This document shows positions 57,020 through 64,000 of a stretch of DNA of 64,000 bases, in pieces. Numbering within the stretch: position 1 is the first letter of the stretch; the number at the start of each line of letters is the position of its first letter. The notes under the pieces were generated by a model, which did not search any database, was not told where the DNA came from, and worked only from the letters and a program-made list of their open reading frames with translations. Source of the DNA: Thiovulum sp. ES (lineage in GTDB: Bacteria; Campylobacterota; Campylobacteria; Campylobacterales; Thiovulaceae); the NCBI GenBank assembly GCA_000276965.1, contig AKKQ01000002.1, forward strand, positions 1,537 to 65,536, written 5' to 3'. The translations under genes were made by a program, and so were the position numbers.

Positions 57020-59349
57020 TGCAAATTTTTACAAACAAAAGAGCCATTCGGAATTACACGAAACGGCTCGGCGATGGTGAAATCGGCGAACTTATCACAA
57101 TTCAAGATTTTATTTCAAAAGTTATTTATCGCGAAGATTATTCAAAAATCAATAGTTTGGAACGGGAAATTATTTTCAATTCCGTTGTTAAAAAAACAAA
57201 AAAAGATATTTTCAATATTGATACAAATATTTTCAATTTCCTGAGTTACTCCCGACATTTTTTCTCATTTTTTGAAGAGTTGGCACTTGAAAAAGTTGAA
57301 ATTGAGAGTCTCCAAAAAGCAGATTATTATGAAGATTATAAGAAACATATTGAGATTTTAAAAGAGATTTACACAAAATTTGAAAGGGAATTAGACCAAA
57401 AAAAGTATTTGGATTCAATTTTTTTGCCAAAAAATTACAAGATAAATTTTGAATATTTGGAAAGAGTTTCAAAAATAAAATTTCATTTTGAGGGACGACT
57501 CTCAAAATTTTATGTTGAAATTTTTAATAAAATTTCTGAAAAAATACCTTTTGAAATTGAATTTACAAAAAGTCGTTTCAACTCAAAAATCTCGGAACAG
57601 CTAGAAACAGATTTTGAAAATGAGTTTTTATACAGATTTGATTTGAGCAAAAAAGAGATTTTGTCAAAAGAAAAAGTTGGAATGAGTCGAGATATTTCGC
57701 TTTATAAATTTAAAAACAGACTTTCGCAAATTGGATTTGTCAAAGAGAAAATTTGGTTTGCCGTTGAGAAATTGGGAATTGAGCCTGAAAAAATCGGAGT
57801 GATTTTGCTTGATGAAAGATTTGCCCCTACTTTAAAAGCTTTTGACAAAATTGGAAATCTGAATTTCTCAATGGGAATTTCAATAAAAGAATCGGAAATT
57901 TATAAAAAACTTTTTGCAATTTATAAGTTTTTGGAAAGTAAATATTCTGAAGAGAATAGAAAGCGAATTTCTAAATTTTTCCAGAGTGAAGAAGAGATTT
58001 CATTTTTTTCTGAAAATTGGAATCGACAAATAGAAATTGGAAGTTTCACCGAAAAAATCACAGAAATTATTCTTTCTGACAAAACTACACCAAAAGCTAT
58101 TTTGCCGAGAATTGCGAAAATTCTAGCTATGTTTCAAACGGAAATTTTCCAGAAAGTTGAATTGAGAATACTTTTTAGGCTCTTTTTTGAAGAGTTTGAG
58201 ACTTTGACAATTGATGATGTACGAGGCGGAAAAATCACAGTTCAAGGACTTCTTGAAACTCGGGGTGCGGAATATGATTTTTTGATTGTTCTAGATTTTA
58301 ACGATGAGGTCTTTCCAAAACGAGAGGAAAAAGACTTTTTTATAAATTCTGAAATTCGGAAAAGTGTCGGTTTGCCACTAATTGAAGATCGTGAGGGTTT
58401 GCAAAAAATATATTTTGAACGAATTTTGCAAAAAGCAAAGCATATTTCGATTTCCTATTTGCAATCTGAAACAACAAAAATATCCCGATTTTCTCACGAT
58501 TTCCAATTTAAAGAGATTCCACAAAATGAGAGATATGAGAAGCACCTCATCGCACAAATTTTAGAAACTCAAAATGAGAAATTTCATTGGAATAGTGAGA
58601 GTGTGCAAATCTTAAAAGATTTCTCTTTTGCAAAAAAACCGCTTTCAAACTATTCTATGCGGACTTTTTTAGAGTGCCGACGACGATATTATTTTAAATA
58701 TCTGCTTTCAATAAATGGTGAAAATGAGAAAAATATCAATTTTGAAATCGGAAATCTTCTCCACAATGTTTTGAAAAAACTCTATTCACAAAATCAGACT
58801 TTCCAAAATTTAGAAAATCTACGGAATGAATTCCAAAAAATTATCGCAAACGAGAATTTTGAACAGACTTATAAAATATTTTGGACTCAAAAACTAGAGA
58901 ATTTTTTTAGAAATGAGATAAGTCGTTTTCAAAATGGCATAAAAGTTTTAGAAGTTGAAAAATCACTTTCTGCAACTTATCGCGGTTTGGAGTTTCGCGG
59001 AATTATTGACCGAATTGATATTTCTGAAAACGGTGAATTACAAATTATTGATTACAAAACAACCGACCCATCAAAATTTAGAAATAGTGAAACTGGGAAA
59101 AGTGAAAATGATTTTCAGCTCGTCATTTATTATATTTTGTTAAAAGAGAATGGCTACAAAATTGATTTTGAGAATTTGTATTATTACAATTTGACAAGCG
59201 GAAAAATGATACAAAACAGTAGAACACTGGAAGATTTTCACAAAGAATTAGACAAATTTATTGAATTAGAAAAAGAGAAAATAGATTTTTTTGAGAGTGA
59301 AAAGTGTAATGTTTTTTGTGAATATAAGACGATTTGCAACAGAGATTAG
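57019..59349 (+). CDS. AddB-like PD-(D/E)XK nuclease subunit with Fe-S cysteine staple
   Basis: C-terminal RecB-type nuclease motif GIIDRIDISENGELQIIDYKT. It is flanked by CRRRYYFKY upstream and CNVFCEYKTIC at the C-terminus (the 1+3 Cys arrangement of AddB). There is no helicase Walker A. No addA gene is adjacent. Confidence 0.7.
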   Translation: MQIFTNKRAIRNYTKRLGDGEIGELITIQDFISKVIYREDYSKINSLEREIIFNSVVKKTKKDIFNIDTNIFNFLSYSRHFFSFFEELALEKVEIESLQKADYYEDYKKHIEILKEIYTKFERELDQKKYLDSIFLPKNYKINFEYLERVSKIKFHFEGRLSKFYVEIFNKISEKIPFEIEFTKSRFNSKISEQLETDFENEFLYRFDLSKKEILSKEKVGMSRDISLYKFKNRLSQIGFVKEKIWFAVEKLGIEPEKIGVILLDERFAPTLKAFDKIGNLNFSMGISIKESEIYKKLFAIYKFLESKYSEENRKRISKFFQSEEEISFFSENWNRQIEIGSFTEKITEIILSDKTTPKAILPRIAKILAMFQTEIFQKVELRILFRLFFEEFETLTIDDVRGGKITVQGLLETRGAEYDFLIVLDFNDEVFPKREEKDFFINSEIRKSVGLPLIEDREGLQKIYFERILQKAKHISISYLQSETTKISRFSHDFQFKEIPQNERYEKHLIAQILETQNEKFHWNSESVQILKDFSFAKKPLSNYSMRTFLECRRRYYFKYLLSINGENEKNINFEIGNLLHNVLKKLYSQNQTFQNLENLRNEFQKIIANENFEQTYKIFWTQKLENFFRNEISRFQNGIKVLEVEKSLSATYRGLEFRGIIDRIDISENGELQIIDYKTTDPSKFRNSETGKSENDFQLVIYYILLKENGYKIDFENLYYYNLTSGKMIQNSRTLEDFHKELDKFIELEKEKIDFFESEKCNVFCEYKTICNRD

Positions 59350-59350
59350 T

Positions 59351-59367
59351 GTCGGAACTTGTCCGAC
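59351..59367. terminator. Hairpin between convergent genes (GTCGGA-acttg-TCCGAC, followed by AACTC)
   Basis: A perfect 6-bp stem between the stops at 59349 and 59374. Confidence 0.55.
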
Positions 59368-59373
59368 AACTCT

Positions 59374-60732
59374 CTATTGAGAAATAAGGTCTTTTCGCGG
59401 ATATACGAAAATTGCTTCTCGAGTAACTTTAATCTCTTCAGGTTTATCAAGAGCATAAGCATTGATTTTTACATGAATTGTTACATCTTTTCGTGGGTCT
59501 TCAGCGAGAACCTCATCGGTATAAAGAACAACAACTTTTTTAGTTTTATCACCAGCTCTGATTTTAAAATCTTTTTTTGGTCGGAAAATCTTGATTTTCG
59601 GATTATCAACTGTAAAGTAGTATTTATGGTCTTCACTGTCAGTATTTTGGAATAGGAAAACATAACCGTTTGTAACTCTTTTTCCACCATCTGGAGCATC
59701 TTTAATCGAATAGAGCCGAGTCTCTTTATTGATATTAAGTAGCATGTGTTCTTTTTCACTTCCCATTTTCAGGAGGGCAAAAAGCATAATTCCGATAATT
59801 ACTAAATATCCGATTGTTTTTGGTCTGAAATATTTTGTTTTTCCATCTTTTTGATCAATTTCTCGAACACTTGACCAATTTACAAGAGTAGGTTTCCCAA
59901 GTTTTCCCATAACAGTTGTACAAGCATCAACACACTCAAGACAGTTAATACACTCAAGTTGAAGACCTTTTCGGATATCGATGTGAGTTGGACAAACTGT
60001 TACACATTTTTCACAAGTTGTACATTCTGAACCCTCTGGTAAATCTTTTGCTTTTTCAATGACTTTTTCTTTCTCATCGTTATAAATATCTCCACCTCGG
60101 CTTGTATCATAAATAGCCATAATTGTGTCGTCATCATAAAGAACAGATTGAACTCGGCTGTAAGGGCAGATATATGCACAAAAATTCTCTTTTAACCAAA
60201 TCACATCATAAATTAGGAAAAGTGCAATTGAAGCCCAAAAAATCATTAAAGTTGTGTGTTCAAGAGGATTTTGAATATATTGGAAGAAAGTTTCAGGTGG
60301 AACAAAATACCAAAGGAAATCTGCACCTGCAAGAATTGCGAGAGCCGACCAAAGAAGAATTGCAATAAATTTCTTAAAGGCATTTCCTTCTGGTTCTTTC
60401 TGCTTGTTTGAAATCTTTTTGCGAATTCCTAAAATTTTTGTTTCGATGAGGTCTCGATAAACAACACGGAAAATTGTTTGCGGACAAGCCCAACCACAAA
60501 AAACTCGACCACCCATAACTGTCATCAAGAAAATTCCAAGGAAGAGCATAATAAGTAGGAATGGCATAAGATAGAGTTCTTGCATATCAAACTTTGTGAA
60601 AAGAAGATGTAATTGCTTGTTATCAAAATTGAAAAGAAAGAAGTGGTTTCCATCAACTGTAATAAAAGGCAGACTTACTGAAATTGCAGTTATAACGATA
60701 TAAAACAGATACCGTTTTGAGGCATAACTCAT
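59374..60732 (-). CDS. ccoG: cbb3 oxidase accessory protein CcoG/FixG (4Fe-4S ferredoxin, membrane)
   Basis: CGWACPQT, CAYICPY, CTTCEKCVTVCP and CINCLECVDAC clusters with N-terminal TM helices. Confidence 0.9.
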   Translation of the reverse strand: MSYASKRYLFYIVITAISVSLPFITVDGNHFFLFNFDNKQLHLLFTKFDMQELYLMPFLLIMLFLGIFLMTVMGGRVFCGWACPQTIFRVVYRDLIETKILGIRKKISNKQKEPEGNAFKKFIAILLWSALAILAGADFLWYFVPPETFFQYIQNPLEHTTLMIFWASIALFLIYDVIWLKENFCAYICPYSRVQSVLYDDDTIMAIYDTSRGGDIYNDEKEKVIEKAKDLPEGSECTTCEKCVTVCPTHIDIRKGLQLECINCLECVDACTTVMGKLGKPTLVNWSSVREIDQKDGKTKYFRPKTIGYLVIIGIMLFALLKMGSEKEHMLLNINKETRLYSIKDAPDGGKRVTNGYVFLFQNTDSEDHKYYFTVDNPKIKIFRPKKDFKIRAGDKTKKVVVLYTDEVLAEDPRKDVTIHVKINAYALDKPEEIKVTREAIFVYPRKDLISQ

Positions 60733-60906
60733 ATTTTTACCTTATGTATTAGTATTTAAGTTTATTTCGGATTATATTGTTTTTCTCTTTAGACATACCT
60801 AAAGATTATCTTTTTAATAAAATTACCTAATTTAGAGCTAAGGTTTGATTTTTTTTATTTTTAATATTATTGTAAAATATTTGAAATTTTCTGACGAGGG
60901 TAAATA

Positions 60907-61617
60907 GTGAATAAAGGCGAATTAATTTACGAGGGAAAAGCAAAAAGAATTTTCTCTGTTGAAAACGATTCTACACATCTTGTTGCTGAATTTAAAGATG
61001 ATTTGACTGCATTTAATGCACAAAAAAAATCTTCAGAAGAGGGAAAGGGTGCTTTAAATCTCAAAATTTCTACTCAACTTTTTAATCTTTTAACAGAAAA
61101 AGGGATTAAAACTCACTTTGTAGAAAATATTTCTGACCGAGATATGCTTGTTAAAAAAGTGGATATTATCCTTATCGAAGTTGTTGTCCGAAATATTGCG
61201 ACTGGTTCGCTAACTCGACGACTTGGAATTGAAGATGGAAAAAAACTCCCTTTTACACTTATTGAGTTTTACTACAAAAATGATGACATGAACGACCCAA
61301 TTATTACGGATGAACATGCGATTATTATGGAACTTGCAAAGAGTCAAGAAGAGTTAGCGATTTTAAAAAGTGAAGCTAAAAAAGTGAATGACATTCTTAT
61401 TCCATTTTTTGCAGAGCGAAACTTAAATCTTGTTGATTTTAAACTTGAGTTTGGGCGACTACCAAATGGTGAAATTATTCTTGCCGATGAACTTTCTCCT
61501 GATAATTGTCGTTTCTGGGATATGGAAACTGGTGAGAAACTTGATAAAGATCGTTTCCGAGAGGGAATTGGCGGAATTAAGGTTGCTTACGAAGAAGTTC
61601 TTAAAAGAATTATGTAG
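60907..61617 (+). CDS. purC: Phosphoribosylaminoimidazole-succinocarboxamide (SAICAR) synthase
   Basis: [22 protein letters not shown] and [14 protein letters not shown] motifs. GTG start. Confidence 0.9.
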   Translation: MNKGELIYEGKAKRIFSVENDSTHLVAEFKDDLTAFNAQKKSSEEGKGALNLKISTQLFNLLTEKGIKTHFVENISDRDMLVKKVDIILIEVVVRNIATGSLTRRLGIEDGKKLPFTLIEFYYKNDDMNDPIITDEHAIIMELAKSQEELAILKSEAKKVNDILIPFFAERNLNLVDFKLEFGRLPNGEIILADELSPDNCRFWDMETGEKLDKDRFREGIGGIKVAYEEVLKRIM

Positions 61618-62113
61618 TGAATTTACAAAATTTCAACAAAAGTCTCCTCTCTGAGGAGCTTATAAAAGAGATTGAGAACTCAAACCTTTTAAACTTAAGA
61701 AGTTCCGCGATTGAAAATCTGGATTTAAAAAGTAATTTTTTAAGCAGAATAGATTTGAAAAAGACAAAATCACTAAAGACAATTTCGTTAAATTGTCCTG
61801 AACTTGAAGTCTTCTTGATTTAAATATTCGAGGTGCAAAAGATTTAAAAGTTTTAAATTTAAAGACAAAGAGATTAGAACATATTGAGTTAGAAACAGAG
61901 CAAATACCGCTTTTTTTACAAAAAATTGAGAAATTGGAAAATTTAAAAGGAATAAATCATATTTATAACGATAAAAATTTGCCACTTTCTGAATTTATTT
62001 CAAGTTTTGAAAAAGAGCAAATTAATAGACACAAAGATAATTGCTCTTGCTCAAGTTGTAAAAGTGAAAAGAAAGTTTTCATCGAAGGTTTGGAATTTAA
62101 ACTAAAAATCTAA
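61617..62113 (+). pseudogene. Leucine-rich-repeat-like protein gene interrupted by a -1 frameshift near 61815
   Basis: Frame 1 (61617-61823) ends ...SLNCPELEVFLI*. The overlapping frame is open from 61808 and continues LDLNIRGAKDLKVLNLKTKRLEHIELE... to the stop at 62111-62113. LxxLxL periodicity continues across the junction. Confidence 0.45.
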
Positions 62114-64000
62114 ATTTCAAAACCAACAAATGTAATATCATCAGTTTGAAAATTTTCACCTTTCCAATCATTAAAAACTTCTAAAAGTCTATCTTTTTGA
62201 TTAGAGAAATCTTTTTTATAAATTTTTACAACTTCATTTGCACACCGTTTTTTTCCAAAAGGAAAATCATTTTCGCCACCAATTTGATCTTTGAATCCAT
62301 CACTTGAAATATAAAATTTTCGACCTTTGTGAGCTTTTATACAATGCTCTTTAAAATTTTTCTCTCTTTCAACTCGATTTCTATTTTCAATTGAGATTCT
62401 ATCTCCAGATATTTTATTAAAAAATCCATCTTCATCGACATAGCAAAGACCAATATTTGCACCAGAAAAGAGAACTCGACCATGTCTCTTATTGATAACA
62501 ACAACTGCACCATCAAAGCCGATGAGGTTCTGCTGAGTTCCCTGAACAAGATTTCTGAAGTTTTCTCGGAACATATGAAGAACGATTGAGGGGCTGATAC
62601 TAACAACTCTCTCAAATCTTTTGATAAGTGCATTTTCAGTTGCTTTTATTGACATTGTGATTAAAGCTCCTGGAATTCCATGTCCAATCGCATCAACGAG
62701 GATAAAAACAGCTTCATCACGAAACTCCTGAAAAAAGTATATATCACCACCAACTCTATCTCGAGGTTGCCAAATAACAAAATAGTCTTTAAAGAAACTT
62801 TTTAATTTTTTCTCTTTTGGAAGAAGAGATTCTTGCAGAAAAAGTGCATGTTGGAGAGAATCATCAATAATTTTGTTTTTCTCAATAATTTTATCTTGAG
62901 CATCATTTAGTTCATCAACAACAACATTGAAAAAATTTATCAAAGATTTCATAGTTTTTAATGAAAAGGAGGTTTCTTCAAAAGATGGTTGTTTGTGAGA
63001 AGTCTTTTTATTAATATTTTCTGAAAGTGCGACATAAGTCATTGTTTGATTCAAAAGAGAGTTTCTATTTTTAACATGATAAAACTCGCCGTATGTGAAA
63101 AAACCTGAAGTTGGAGCAATATTTTTAAACGGTGAAATTTCAAACTCAATCTGTTTTGACAATAAACGGAAACGAGCAATACATGAATATATAAAGACAG
63201 CTTCAATATTTTGGTTCTCTAATTTTGAGGAACTTAATTTTGAATCTTCTAAAATCAGCCCGATGTTTCCGACACCAAAACGAACTTTTTCGCCAACTTT
63301 AAAATTTCCGCCATAGAAAAGAGATTCGTCATCATTGATTTTCAGCATTGCTCTTGCGATAAGAGTTCCCCGTTTTTTACGAATAAGTGGAAAAGCGAGA
63401 CCTGTGTCAAGAAGAGACTCTTCACCAAAATATTTTTTATATACATCAATTGCTTTAACTCTATTTAATTCTAAAAGAGTGTTGCCTTTTGCTTTTGTAA
63501 CCGTGAATTCTTTTCCGATTGGTTGCCAATTAAAATTGTAATCATTTCGGATTTCTAAAACATCACTTTCAAATGCAATAGCAACAATACCACGAAGAGT
63601 AAAAATAGAACCAAAAGAGACCGCTATTCCAGTTGATTTTCCATTATTTCCACCAATTCCACCAGCAATAACAACATTCCGATTTGCCGAAGTAACTCCA
63701 TCGAGAAAATCCTCAACATTAAAAACAGGTGATGAATCTGTAAAAATTATCACAAGTTTTGTTTTTGGGGTAAAGAGGGTTTCGGCGACTTTTTGTCCGC
63801 ATGAGAAACTATCAAGAGTTCCTATAAAAAGCTCACCTTTTAGAGTTGTTGCAACAAAAGAGGAGATTGAGACAACAATTTTAGAAGTCGAAACTTCAGT
63901 ATCTGAAATTTCTCCAGCTGTTGTTGTTCCAATAATTTTTGCATTTGGCAACTCTTCTTCAATAATTGCTGAACTTTTCATAAGTCCAACTGTTCCTTGC
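62110..64000 (-). CDS. FIST-domain sensor fused to a PP2C/SpoIIE phosphatase (5' end beyond the window)
   Basis: The frame stays open to nt 64000. The N-terminal two thirds have the FIST N/C pattern (IIGTTTAGEIS, VVIAGGIGG, FYGGNF, GFFTYGEF). The C-terminal PP2C motifs are VGGDIYF, VDAIGHG, SSDGFKDQ and TDDITFVG. Confidence 0.8.
   Translation of the reverse strand, partial: QGTVGLMKSSAIIEEELPNAKIIGTTTAGEISDTEVSTSKIVVSISSFVATTLKGELFIGTLDSFSCGQKVAETLFTPKTKLVIIFTDSSPVFNVEDFLDGVTSANRNVVIAGGIGGNNGKSTGIAVSFGSIFTLRGIVAIAFESDVLEIRNDYNFNWQPIGKEFTVTKAKGNTLLELNRVKAIDVYKKYFGEESLLDTGLAFPLIRKKRGTLIARAMLKINDDESLFYGGNFKVGEKVRFGVGNIGLILEDSKLSSSKLENQNIEAVFIYSCIARFRLLSKQIEFEISPFKNIAPTSGFFTYGEFYHVKNRNSLLNQTMTYVALSENINKKTSHKQPSFEETSFSLKTMKSLINFFNVVVDELNDAQDKIIEKNKIIDDSLQHALFLQESLLPKEKKLKSFFKDYFVIWQPRDRVGGDIYFFQEFRDEAVFILVDAIGHGIPGALITMSIKATENALIKRFERVVSISPSIVLHMFRENFRNLVQGTQQNLIGFDGAVVVINKRHGRVLFSGANIGLCYVDEDGFFNKISGDRISIENRNRVEREKNFKEHCIKAHKGRKFYISSDGFKDQIGGENDFPFGKKRCANEVVKIYKKDFSNQKDRLLEVFNDWKGENFQTDDITFVGFEI

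Larger units (their letters stand above)
1048..62528. repeat. Dispersed over-represented word CGATGAGGT(C), at least 50 copies
   Basis: GATGAGGT starts on the + strand: 1152, 2329, 4147, 5008, 8250, 9410, 12393, 14730, 17002, 21715, 24590, 26321, 28889, 33900, 34208, 36088, 36989, 38380, 42462, 42942, 44927, 46746, 51112, 51505, 56364, 58303, 60445, 62521. ACCTCATC starts on the + strand: 1048, 2804, 8101, 8742, 11763, 15108, 16775, 19526, 20615, 25541, 26427, 34850, 36823, 39740, 42628, 43330, 46378, 47544, 49025, 55689, 58544, 59510. Found by eye, so a few more may have been missed. Confidence 0.9.

Noticed and set aside
1048-62528. The idea that the GATGAGGT excess is just a by-product of a common peptide (DEV / DLI) or of codon bias.
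   Set aside because: The word uses G/C-rich codons that are otherwise disfavoured here, and 26 of 27 DEV tripeptides use exactly this spelling. The same word also occurs in three other reading frames (xLI, PHR, TSS), and the conserved flanking C and (C)G lie outside the tripeptide codons. DLI tripeptides spelled differently exist (e.g. GAT TTA ATT in the genes at 29723 and 34543), so the peptide itself does not force the word.

Overview
AT-rich (roughly one-third G+C by eye), densely packed bacterial chromosomal segment. About 60 protein-coding genes are supported. I saw no rRNA, tRNA, CRISPR array, transposase or integrase. Placement in a Campylobacterota (epsilonproteobacterium-like) genome is inference, based on: TGnTATAAT extended -10 promoters, an unlinked AddB-like nuclease, CcoG, FlgA, Mdh next to a two-subunit-type class I fumarase alpha gene, and an AHHWRQPL kinase H-box. 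Most genes are housekeeping (lpxK, moeA, msrB, cdsA, obg, murC, ruvC, rbfA, rpsO, sbcDC, rpsB-tsf, radA, rsmG, folE, trpD, mdh, bamA, pyrG, gmhA, acpP-fabF-accA, msrA, ccoG, purC). The window also holds many signalling proteins: a Cache/PAS sensor with a degenerate GGDEF domain, a CHASE2 class III cyclase, a REC-PP2C plus REC-histidine kinase tandem pair, a FIST-PP2C protein and a truncated PP2C remnant. The strongest signal is not a gene. The word CGATGAGGT(C) occurs at least 50 times in both orientations, always inside coding sequence and in a few preferred reading frames, about once per 1.3 kb. Selection acts on the DNA word, since 26 of the 27 Asp-Glu-Val tripeptides are spelled with it. 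This matches what is known for DNA uptake signal sequences; a Chi-like role is the main alternative. Other items worth follow-up: (1) an AT-rich, motif-poor five-gene cluster (radical SAM/SPASM, TIM barrel, HisC-like PLP enzyme, zinc-ribbon methyltransferase, GT-B-like protein) running into a TolC-like gene; (2) a small accessory islet (RHH-MazF toxin-antitoxin, tail-anchored J-domain protein, KilA-N-like pair with a duplicated promoter/5' cassette) sitting where the fumarase beta-subunit gene would be expected; (3) a 27-bp x5 in-frame tandem repeat extending ribosomal protein S2; (4) a possible pseudoknotted rpsB leader; (5) a frameshifted LRR gene; (6) an orphan Ter-type phosphoribosyltransferase; (7) unusually frequent TTG starts, including TTGA start/stop overlaps. 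All family calls come from motifs read by eye. No database searches were run.
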